DNA from: an uncultured Gemmatimonadaceae bacterium
Lineage (GTDB): Bacteria > Gemmatimonadota > Gemmatimonadetes > Gemmatimonadales > Gemmatimonadaceae
Assembly (NCBI GenBank): GCA_963751275.1
Contig: CAVVTZ010000007.1
Coordinates: 416,001 to 480,000, forward strand
Reading direction: 5' to 3'
Length of the DNA stretch: 64,000 nt
The position numbers were made by a program, and so were the translations under genes. The number at the start of each line of letters is the position of its first letter. Position 1 is the first letter of the stretch. The notes below the pieces were generated by a model that saw nothing but the letters and a program-made list of their open reading frames with translations, searched no databases and was not told the origin of the DNA. This document shows, in pieces, positions 55,511 to 64,000 of this stretch.

Positions 55511-56840
55511 ATGTCATCAGCCTCCGATACCCCCTCCGCCGCGGGCCTCGAGCGCGTGATGGGCGTGCGCGCCCTCACCGCCTCGTCCGTGAACATGACC
55601 GTCGGCTCGGGGATCTTCCTCCTGCCGGCCGCGGTGTACGCGCTGATCGGCGGCGCGGCGCTGTACGCGTACTTCATTCTGCGCCTTCGCGATGGCGCTC
55701 GTGGTGCTCTGCTTCGCCGAGGCGGGGAGCCGCGTGCACGGCAGCGGCGGCGGCTATGCGTACGCGGCCGCGGCGTTCGGCCCGTACGTGGGCACGCTCA
55801 GCGGCGCGCTGCTCTACGTGGGCGCGGGCGTCCTCGCCGGCGCGGCGGTGATGAACGCGTTCGCGCTCACGCTCGCGGTGATCTTCCCCGCACTCGGCAC
55901 CGCGCCGGCGCGCATCGCGATCATGATCATCTCGTACGCGGTGCTCGCGACGGTGAATATCCGCGGCGCGCGGCCCGGCGTGCGGACGATGGAGCTCTTC
56001 TCGCTCGGGAAGATCCTGCCGCTCGTTGCGCTCGTGGCCCTCGGCATCTTCTTCATGCACCCGGCCAACCTCGTGCCCGGCGCGCTGCCGCCGGCGCGCG
56101 ACATGTCGCGTGCGTGCGTGACGCTCATCTTCGCATTCCTCGGCTTCGAGAATTCGCTGAACCCCAGCGGTGAAGTGAAGGACCCGCATCGCACCGTGCC
56201 GCGCGCCGTGTTGCTCGCGCTCTGTCTCGTGACGCTGCTCTACTTGCTCATCCAGATGGTGGCGGTGGGGGTGCTCGGCGCGCAGCTGGCGAAGGAGACG
56301 GCCGCGCCGCTCGCCGCGGTCGCGAACATCGTGTTCGGGCGCGTGGGGAGCAGCGTGATCCTGCTGGGCACGCTCATTTCGACGTTCGGCTACATGACCG
56401 GCGATGCACTCACCTCGCCGCGCGCGCTCTACGCGCTGGCGGAGGGTGGCCTGCTCCCGCCGGTGATCTCGAGAGTGCACCCGCGGCTCCACACGCCGTA
56501 CATCGCGATCCTCGTGCACGCGGTGCTGGTGGTGACGCTCGCGGCCACCGGGAGCTTCGCGACACTGATCGTGGTGGCGAACGTGGCGGTGCTGCTCATG
56601 TACGGCATCGTCGCGGCGTCGGTGCTCATGCTGCGGAAGAAGGACGTGCGCGGCGAGGGAGCGCCCTTCGTCGTCCCGTTCGGACCGGTGATCCCCATCG
56701 CCGCGATCGCGGTGCTCCTCTGGCTGCTTTCCACCGCCACGAAGCAGGAGTTCATCGCCACCGGCATCACGCTCGCGGTGGCGACGGCGCTGCACTTCTC
56801 GTCGTACCTCTGGCGCGCGAAGGCACCGACCGCGGCATGA
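55511..56840 (+). CDS. APC family amino acid permease (frameshift near 55678)
   Basis: VGSGIFLLP, GGGYAY, FLGFE..GEVKDP.RTVP, SPRALYALA. Confidence 0.85.
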
Positions 56841-58027
56841 TCGACCCGCTCCTCGCGTTCCGCCCGGAGTTCCCGATCCTGGCGCGCTCGAATTATCTCG
56901 TGTCGAATTCCCTGGGTGCGATGCCGCGCGCCGCGGGCGACCGGATGGCCGAGTACGCACGCACGTGGAGCGAACGCGGCGTGCGCGCCTGGGCCGACGG
57001 GTGGTGGAACATGCCGGTGACCGTCGGCGACGAGATCGCGCCGCTCATCGGCGCGGGCGCGGGGGAGATCGCGATGCTCCCGAACGTGAGCCTCGCGCAC
57101 GCGACGGTGCTGTCGGCGCTGGATTTCCCGCCCGAGCGCAATGCGATCGTGATGACGGCGCTCGACTTCCCGAGCGTGCGCTACGCTGTAGAGGGGATGG
57201 CCGCGCGCTTCGGCGCGCGGGTCGTGACCGTGCCGAGCGACGACGGGATCGGGATCGAGCTGGAGCGGCTCCTGGCGGCGATCGATGAGCGCACGCGGCT
57301 GGTGGCGGTGTCGCACGTGCTCTTCCGGTCGGCGTACATCATGGACGCCAACGCCATCGTTCGACGCGCGCACGCGATGGGCGCGCTCGTGATGCTGGAT
57401 GCATTCCACTCGGTGGGCGTGCTGCCGGTGGATGTGCGGCGCAGCGGGACGGACTTCCTGGCCGGCGGCGTGCTGAAGTGGCTGTGCGGGGGCCCGGGGG
57501 GCGCGTTCTTATACTGTGCACCGAGCCTCCGTGATACTCTCATGCCTGCTCTCACGGGATGGCAGGCGCACGCGCGGCCGTTCGCGTTCGAAGCAGAGCA
57601 GGTTCCGGCGCAGGGCGCGTGGCGGTGGCTCAACGGCACGCCGGTGATCCCCGCGCTCTATGCGGCGGCGGAGGGGCCGAAGCTGCTGCGGCGCGCGGGG
57701 ATCGAGCGCGTGCGCGCGAAGAGCATGCGGCAGACGGCGCGGCTGATCGCGCTGGCCGGCGAGCGCGGCTACGAGGTGCACGCGCCGCGGGACGCCGAGC
57801 GCCGCGGCGGCACGGTGGCGTTCCGCGTGCCGCATGCGTACGAGGTGAGCCAGGCGCTGCTCGCGCGCGACATCATCGTGGACTACCGGCCCGACGCCGG
57901 GATCCGCGTCGCGCCGCATTTCTACACGCACGATGACGAGATCGAGGCGGCGGTGCGGGCGATCGACGAGATCCTCGCGACCGGCGACTGGAAGCGGTTC
58001 GAGGGCGCCCGCGGCGTGGTGACGTGA
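56837..58027 (+). CDS. Kynureninase-like class V PLP enzyme
   Basis: SNSLGAMP, DFPS, DAFHSVG, LKWLCGGPG, GTP, RRGGTV. Confidence 0.8.
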   Translation: MIDPLLAFRPEFPILARSNYLVSNSLGAMPRAAGDRMAEYARTWSERGVRAWADGWWNMPVTVGDEIAPLIGAGAGEIAMLPNVSLAHATVLSALDFPPERNAIVMTALDFPSVRYAVEGMAARFGARVVTVPSDDGIGIELERLLAAIDERTRLVAVSHVLFRSAYIMDANAIVRRAHAMGALVMLDAFHSVGVLPVDVRRSGTDFLAGGVLKWLCGGPGGAFLYCAPSLRDTLMPALTGWQAHARPFAFEAEQVPAQGAWRWLNGTPVIPALYAAAEGPKLLRRAGIERVRAKSMRQTARLIALAGERGYEVHAPRDAERRGGTVAFRVPHAYEVSQALLARDIIVDYRPDAGIRVAPHFYTHDDEIEAAVRAIDEILATGDWKRFEGARGVVT

Positions 58028-58085
58028 ACGCCTTGTAGCGCCCGCGCGCGCGCCGTAACTTCGGGGGACCTTCATCCCCAGGGCT

Positions 58086-58313
58086 ATGCCGACTCCTCCG
58101 AAAAAGCTTCGCAAGAAGTACGAGAACACCAAGTATCCGGCCGTGGTCCTGCGGTTCGAGGACGGGCACGAGATCGAGATCCGGAAGGGGCAGGGAAAGG
58201 TCTTCGACTGCTATTCCGGCGAGCACATCAAGGTGCTGGCAATGTACGATCCGACGTCGAAGGAGCGCGAGCTCGTCGAGACGCGGAACGCGGGGACGTT
58301 CACGGACGCGTAG
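58086..58313 (+). CDS. Small hypothetical protein
   Basis: 75 aa with typical codon usage. Confidence 0.6.
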   Translation: MPTPPKKLRKKYENTKYPAVVLRFEDGHEIEIRKGQGKVFDCYSGEHIKVLAMYDPTSKERELVETRNAGTFTDA

Positions 58314-58317
58314 ATAC

Positions 58318-59249
58318 GTGACGGCGGCTTTCGGCTGGCGGCTGTCGGCTGTCGGTCTCGGGGGGATAGTCCTCGCGGCGGGCGGGATCGCTCGGAGCGC
58401 AGAAGGCCGACACCGCGAAACTCCATCGCACGCTCGACTCCCTGGCGGCGGCGCACCATGGCGTAGTCGGGTATGCGGTGCGCGATCTCGATGCCGGATG
58501 GCGGCTCTCGCTGCGCGGCGATTCGACCTTTCCCACCGCGAGCCTGATCAAGGTGGGCGTGCTCGTGACGCTGTACGATCTCGTGGAGCACGGGCAGATG
58601 TCGCTGAACGATCCGCTCGTGCTGCTCGCGATCGACAAGGCGGGCGGCAGCGGGGTGCTGCAGAACCTGCAGACACCGCTCACGATCACCGTGCGCGATG
58701 CGGCGCAGCTGATCGATCGAGACGAGCGACAACACCGCCACGAACCTCCTGCTCCAGAAGATCACGATCGCGCGCGTCAACGCGCGGCTCGATTCGCTGC
58801 GCCTCGCCAATACGCGCGTCCATCACCTCGTGATGGAGCGCGCGATCACGAGCATCGCGCGCGACAGCTCCGAGAAGTACGGGCTCGGCAAGACGACGCC
58901 CAACGAGATGGCGCAGCTCTTCACGCTGCTTGCGCAGGGGAAGGCGGTGAGCCCCAGGGCCGACTCGGCGATGCTCGCGATGCTCGAGACGAACGAGGAG
59001 ACCGAACTGATCACGCGCCAGTTCACCGGCGTGCGGGCGGCGCACAAGTCCGGCAAGGATGACGACGTGCGCACCGAGTGCGGGTTGTACTACCTGCGCA
59101 CGCGCGTCGTGATCTGCGTGCTCACCCGCGCCAACGCGGACCAGCGCTGGATCATCGACAACGAGCCCGAGCGGCTCATGGGCCGCATGGGCGCCGAGAT
59201 CGCGCGAGCGGTCGGTCTGCCGCCAAAGGCGACCGTCGAACAGAATTAG
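58318..59249 (+). CDS. Class A beta-lactamase-like serine hydrolase (two +1 frameshifts)
   Basis: TASLIK (SxxK), SDNTATN and HKSG are spread over three frames. Confidence 0.75.
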
Positions 59250-59407
59250 TGGGTGCGCACCGCGTGGAGCACGAAGTACGCGAGCAGGGCCGCCAGCACG
59301 ATGAGCAGAATGCCGTATGTGACCGCGGTGCGCTCCGGCGCCGCGGGGGATGTGTCGATCACGTCGGCTTCCGGGGCCGGCGCTTCCGGTGCGGGGGTGT
59401 CGGTCAT
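59246..59407 (-). CDS. Small membrane protein
   Basis: One C-terminal TM helix; TAACTT lies 7 nt before the ATG. Confidence 0.55.
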   Translation of the reverse strand: MTDTPAPEAPAPEADVIDTSPAAPERTAVTYGILLIVLAALLAYFVLHAVRTH

Positions 59408-59454
59408 GCGTGCGAAGTTAGCGTCGCGAATAGTGTATGGCAAAGCGCAGATCA

Positions 59455-59542
59455 ATCATGTTCATCATGTTGATCCTGTCTAATGCGGTGGCGGTAAGCC
59501 CCAACAACGAAGCGTTGACAGGATTGACATGATGAACATGAT
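59455..59542. repeat. GACAGGAT-family inverted repeat with swapped arm orientation
   Basis: 26-bp arms (59455-59480 / 59517-59542) with two mismatches that form G-U pairs on the + strand. Confidence 0.75.
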
Positions 59543-59600
59543 GGCTACTACGGCAGCACGTCCCCGTCATACCTCCATTCACTTCACTTTGGCCAATTCA

Positions 59601-61253
59601 ATGAAACGCATCCTGTCATTCCTATTGGCGGTCCTCGCGCCGGCGCTGCTGTCCGCGCAGAGCGCCACGCCGTGCACCTGCGCGGCGAAGATCACCACGA
59701 CTGAATTCGACGCCGACCTCAAGTTCCTCTCGAGCGACCTGCTCGAGGGGCGCGCCCCCGCGACGCGCGGTGGCCAGCTCGCCACCGCATACATCGCCGC
59801 GCAGCTGCAGATCGCGGGCGTGCTGCCCGGCGTGAACGGGTCGTACTTCCAGCAGGTTCCGATCGACGTCGTTCGCGCGATCCCGTCCACGATCCGCGTG
59901 ACCGCCAGCGGGAGTGCGACGGCGACGCTCAAGTATCCCGACAATGTCGTCGTCGCACCCGGCAGCGCGACGGACTCCAGCGCCGCCCGCGGCGAGCTGG
60001 TGTTCGTCGGCTACGGCGCCGTGGCGCCCGAGTACAAATGGGACGACTACAAGGGCGAGAGCATGAAGGGGAAGGTGCTGCTCGTGCTCGTGAACGATCC
60101 GCCGGCGTCGGCGAGCGAGCCGGGATTGTTCGGCGGCAAGGCGATGACGTACTACGGCCGTTGGACCTACAAGTACGAAGAGGCCGAGCGCCTCGGCGCC
60201 GCCGGCGTGCTGATCGTGCACACCACCGAAGCGGCGAGCTACCCGTGGCACACGGTGGTCGGGTCGTGGGCGACGGAACTCCGCATGCTGCCGCGCGATC
60301 CCAGCGGTCCGGCGCCCACCGGCGTGAACGGATGGATCACCGACAGCGCGGCGACCGCGCTCCTCGCGCAGGCCGGGCTCCGCATGGCCGACCTGCGCAC
60401 GCTGGCGGCGACGCGCGCGTTCAAGCCGGTGCACACCGGCATCATGATGGACATGTCGATGAAGAACCACCTGGCGCACATGCAGAGCGAGAACGTGGTG
60501 GGCGTGGTGCACGGCAACGGGTCCGGATACAAGGACCAGTACGTGGTGTACAGCGCGCACTGGGACCATCTGGGCATCGGGCCGGCGGTGAACGGCGACT
60601 CGATCTACAACGGCGCCGCCGACAACGCCTCGGGCACGGCAGCCGTGCTCGCCATCGCGCGCGCCGCGGCCAAGCTCGCGCCCACGCGCCGTACGCAGCT
60701 GTTCGTGTTCGTCACCGCCGAGGAGTCGGGGCTGCTCGGCTCCGCGTGGTATGCGACGCACCCCACCGTGCCGGCGAAGCAGATCGTCGCGGACCTGAAC
60801 CTCGACGTCGTCCCGCTCGAGGGGAAGATGAAGGACTATGTCGTGCTCGGCTCCGACAAGAGCTCGCTCGGCTCGATGTTCTCGCACTTCCTGCAGACCA
60901 AGGGGATGTCGCTCAGCGCCGATCCGCATCCGGAGGCGGGCCACTTCTACCGCAGCGACCACTTCTCCTTCGCGAAGGCCGGCGTGCCGGCGGTCTCGAT
61001 CGGCGCGGGCACGGACTACGTCGGGCGGCCCAAGGGATGGGGCGAGCAGCAGCAGGCGGACTATACCGCGCACCGCTATCACCAGCCGTCGGATGAATAC
61101 AAGCCGGACTTCGACCTGAGCGGCGCCACGCAGCTGGCCGACATCGTGCTGAGCTTCGGGCGTGCGCTCGCGAATTCGCCCGAGGTGCCAGTGTGGAGCG
61201 CGAGCGCGGAGTTCAAGGCGGTGCGCGACTCGACGGGCGGCCCGGCGAAATGA
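59601..61253 (+). CDS. M28 family peptidase with PA domain
   Basis: SAHWDHLG, GAADNASG, TAEESGLLGS, RSDH, YHQPSD. Confidence 0.9.
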   Translation: MKRILSFLLAVLAPALLSAQSATPCTCAAKITTTEFDADLKFLSSDLLEGRAPATRGGQLATAYIAAQLQIAGVLPGVNGSYFQQVPIDVVRAIPSTIRVTASGSATATLKYPDNVVVAPGSATDSSAARGELVFVGYGAVAPEYKWDDYKGESMKGKVLLVLVNDPPASASEPGLFGGKAMTYYGRWTYKYEEAERLGAAGVLIVHTTEAASYPWHTVVGSWATELRMLPRDPSGPAPTGVNGWITDSAATALLAQAGLRMADLRTLAATRAFKPVHTGIMMDMSMKNHLAHMQSENVVGVVHGNGSGYKDQYVVYSAHWDHLGIGPAVNGDSIYNGAADNASGTAAVLAIARAAAKLAPTRRTQLFVFVTAEESGLLGSAWYATHPTVPAKQIVADLNLDVVPLEGKMKDYVVLGSDKSSLGSMFSHFLQTKGMSLSADPHPEAGHFYRSDHFSFAKAGVPAVSIGAGTDYVGRPKGWGEQQQADYTAHRYHQPSDEYKPDFDLSGATQLADIVLSFGRALANSPEVPVWSASAEFKAVRDSTGGPAK

Positions 61254-61278
61254 CGAAGCGGCGCCGCGGCGTGATGGC

Positions 61279-62190
61279 GTGAACGCTCCCGTGCCGGTGC
61301 GCGTGCTGCCGGAGGTCGCGGCCGCGTTGCGGTCGCGCGCGCCTGTCGTCGCCCTGGAAAGCAGTGTGTTCGCGCAGGGATTGCCGGAGCCCGCGAACCG
61401 CGAAGCGGCGGAGCGGATGCTCGCGGCGGTGCGCGCCGCCGGCGCGGTGCCGGCGATCACCGCCGTGGTGCGCGGCGTCGCGGCGGTGGGACTCGAACGG
61501 GCTGAGCTTGAGCGGTTCCTCGGGCGCGACGGGATACGGAAAGTGTCGGCGCGCGACATTCCGCTCGCGATGGCGCAGGGCGCGGATGGCGCAACGACCG
61601 TGGCCGGTACCGTGATGCTGGCGGCCGCGGTGGGGATCGAGGTGTTCGCCACCGGCGGGATCGGTGGCGTGCACAAGAGCCCCAAGTTCGACGAGAGCGC
61701 GGATCTGATGGAGTTCTCGCGTTCGCCGGTGCTGGTCGTCTGCGCGGGGGCGAAGTCGATCCTGGATCTCGCGGCGACGAGTGAAAGGTTGGAGTCGCTG
61801 GGAGTTGCGGTGATAGGGTATGGTACGGGAGAAATGCCCGCGTTCTATTCGCGGTCGAGCGGGATCCCGCTCGCGGCGCGGGCGGATTCGCCGAAGGAGG
61901 TCGCGAGCGCGTGGCGGCTGCACCGGGCCCTCGCGCGGCGCGAGGGGATGGTGGTGATGCAGCCGGTCGCGGCGGAGCACGCGCTCAGCGCCGCCGTCGT
62001 GGCGAAGGCGGTGCAAGGGGCGCAGCGGGCGGCGTCCAGTAAGAAGGTGACGGGCGCGGCGCTCACGCCGTTCCTGCTGGCGGAGGTGGACAAGGCGACG
62101 AAGGGCCGCGCGCGCGCGGCGAATCTCGCCCTGCTGGAAGCGAACGCCGCGCTGGCTGCGGCGATCGCGCGGAGTTTGAGCGCGATGTAG
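61279..62190 (+). CDS. psuG: Pseudouridine-5'-phosphate glycosidase
   Basis: VALESS, GATTVAGT, FATGGIGGVH, DESADL, AGAKSILD, LTPFLL. Confidence 0.88.
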   Translation: MNAPVPVRVLPEVAAALRSRAPVVALESSVFAQGLPEPANREAAERMLAAVRAAGAVPAITAVVRGVAAVGLERAELERFLGRDGIRKVSARDIPLAMAQGADGATTVAGTVMLAAAVGIEVFATGGIGGVHKSPKFDESADLMEFSRSPVLVVCAGAKSILDLAATSERLESLGVAVIGYGTGEMPAFYSRSSGIPLAARADSPKEVASAWRLHRALARREGMVVMQPVAAEHALSAAVVAKAVQGAQRAASSKKVTGAALTPFLLAEVDKATKGRARAANLALLEANAALAAAIARSLSAM

Positions 62191-62267
62191 GCGCGGCAGG
62201 CGGTTGAACTTCGCGGTCACCGCGTGCTACGTTAAGATGACCCTCAGTGCCGGAGGCGCCGGAGCCG

Positions 62268-63386
62268 ATGTCGAACCCATTCCTGAGTTCCGAAGAGTAC
62301 GACGAACGCGCCCACCAACTCTACAACGAAGGACAGTACGAGGAGGCGCTCGAAGTGCTGCGAGAAGGTCTCGCGCTCTATCCGGGCTCGGTGGAACTGC
62401 ACGTGGGCGTCGGATACGCGCGGCTCGCGCGCGAGGAATACGCGTGGGCGCGCCAGAGCTTCGAGATGGGGCTCGTGCTCGACGGCAATCATGAAGACGG
62501 CCTCGCCGGACTCGGCGAGACGCTGCTGAAGCTCGGCCAGCGCGACGCCGCGCTCGCAAGCTTCCGCCGCATCCTCGAGCTCGGCTACGAGGACGATCTC
62601 GATCTCGTGCTGCAGGTGGGGCGCGCGCTCTTCCGCGAGGAGATGCTCGAGGAGTCGCGCGAGTTCTTCGAGACCGCGGTGCGCGAGAGCCCCGAGCTCG
62701 CGGAGGCGCAGGCGTGCCTCGGCTACGCGCAGCACCGCCTGGGCAAGGACGAGGAGGCGATCGCGCATCTCGAGCGCGCGCTCGAGCTGGACGACGAGCA
62801 CACCGAGGCGCGCATCTACCTCGCGAACATCCTCTACGACCGCGGCGAGTACGAGCGGTCGCTGCGGCACCTGGAGCGCACGTCGGCCGAGGATCATTGG
62901 GACGAGCTGGGCATCTGGCGCTACATCGATCTCACCAAGAAGCTGAAGCGCGCGGGCGACGCCGATCCCGAGTTCGTGGAATGGCGCAACCGGTTGGGCG
63001 AGCTCGCGGGCGAGAGCGACCCGATCGACGACATGCTGTCGGAGATCGAGACGCGCGCCGCGGAGGAAGCGGAGTCGCGCGATCGCGCGCAGCTGGAGCT
63101 CTTCTCGACGCTGCTCGCCGATCTCGCCGAGCGCCGCCGCGACGAGGAGAGCGCGGAGCACAGCGTGCTCGCCGACGACGGCACGGAGTTCCGCGGCTCG
63201 TGGGACCGGATCGTGCGCGCCATGAAGGAAGCGAACACGATGATGACCGGCCGTTCGGTGCAGGAGTTCATGGCCACCGAGGCGCGCCGCGGCTATTCCC
63301 TCACGGGCGTGAAGATCCCGACGCATGACGCGGAGAGTTTCATCCGCGGCAGCGCCGACGCGGGACTGCTGCGCATCGTGCAGTGA
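62268..63386 (+). CDS. Tetratricopeptide repeat protein
   Basis: Multiple TPR-like repeats. Confidence 0.8.
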   Translation: MSNPFLSSEEYDERAHQLYNEGQYEEALEVLREGLALYPGSVELHVGVGYARLAREEYAWARQSFEMGLVLDGNHEDGLAGLGETLLKLGQRDAALASFRRILELGYEDDLDLVLQVGRALFREEMLEESREFFETAVRESPELAEAQACLGYAQHRLGKDEEAIAHLERALELDDEHTEARIYLANILYDRGEYERSLRHLERTSAEDHWDELGIWRYIDLTKKLKRAGDADPEFVEWRNRLGELAGESDPIDDMLSEIETRAAEEAESRDRAQLELFSTLLADLAERRRDEESAEHSVLADDGTEFRGSWDRIVRAMKEANTMMTGRSVQEFMATEARRGYSLTGVKIPTHDAESFIRGSADAGLLRIVQ

Positions 63387-64000
63387 GCGGCGGCGGCGCT
63401 TCGCCGCTCATCCCCGTCGATTCCGTCCGGCGCCTTCGGCTCCAGAACGGCCTCACCGTGCTGATCCGGCGGGGATGCGAGCGCGCCGGTCGTCGCGATC
63501 GTCACCCACGTGAAGGCCGGCTACTTCGATGAGACGGACGACGTGGCCGGCATCTCGCACGTGCTCGAGCACATGTTCTTCAAGGGCACCCCCACGCGCG
63601 GCGTGGGTGAGATCCCGCGCGAGACCAAGGCCGCCGGCGGCTACCTGAACGCCGGCACGATCTACGACCAGACCAGCTACTACACCGTGCTCCCCTCGGC
63701 CGCCTTCGTGCGCGGACTCGAGATCCAGTGCGACGCGTACGCGCACTCGCTCATCGACGCGGGGGAATTGCGGCGCGAACTCGAGGTCATCATCCAGGAG
63801 GCCAAGCGGAAGGAGGACAACCCGCAGGCCGTGGCCGTCGAATCGCTGTACGCGCTGCTGCACGACCGCCACCGGATGCGCCGCTGGCGCATCGGCCGCG
63901 AGGAGGGACTGCGGAAGCTCACGCGCGACGCCGTGCTGCGCTTCTACCGCAATTTCTACCGGCCCGGCAACACGATCCTCTCCATCGTCGGCGACATCGA
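63383..64000 (+). CDS. M16 (pitrilysin) family peptidase, partial; +1 frameshift near 63472
   Basis: LQNGLTVL; GISHVLEHMFFKGT (HxxEH); LNAGT..DQTSY. Confidence 0.85.

Noticed and set aside
58325..58359. CGGCTNN heptamer run at the start of the serine hydrolase gene
   Set aside because: Degenerate, has no partner arm and lies in a signal-peptide region.
58318..59249. Clinically relevant beta-lactamase resistance gene
   Set aside because: Motifs support only the class A-like serine hydrolase family; activity cannot be inferred.

Overview
A GC-rich, gene-dense bacterial window with no rRNA, tRNA, CRISPR array or transposase. Tandem Ser/Thr kinase-TPR genes and the overall gene content suggest Gemmatimonadota (inference). 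About 13 genes are broken by apparent single-base insertions, most likely long-read errors, and they are rejoined below. Main blocks: (1) a five-gene operon with a ferric-reductase-like di-heme membrane protein, a membrane-anchored 2x[4Fe-4S]/FAD NAD(P)H oxidoreductase, 23-heme and 19-heme c-type cytochromes and an outer-membrane beta-barrel, preceded by a sigma54-like promoter; this is a candidate NAD(P)H-to-cell-surface electron conduit. (2) A 3-keto-glycoside catabolic cluster. (3) Two Ser/Thr kinases. (4) aguB-aguA, with a relic duplicate of the aguA 3' end flanking an inserted gene. (5) A secreted peroxiredoxin with in-frame UGA and a SECIS-like hairpin (selenoprotein). (6) A serine-palmitoyltransferase-like lipid cluster with a lipid kinase, acyltransferase, Tam41-like cytidylyltransferase and CDP-alcohol phosphotransferase. 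(7) acnA, a patatin-ferredoxin fusion and SulP. (8) A Rieske/cytochrome b-c operon containing a Cyc2-like cytochrome-porin. Intergenic spaces hold about ten long palindromes, several from one GACAGGAT family; some of them include the stop codons of flanking genes.
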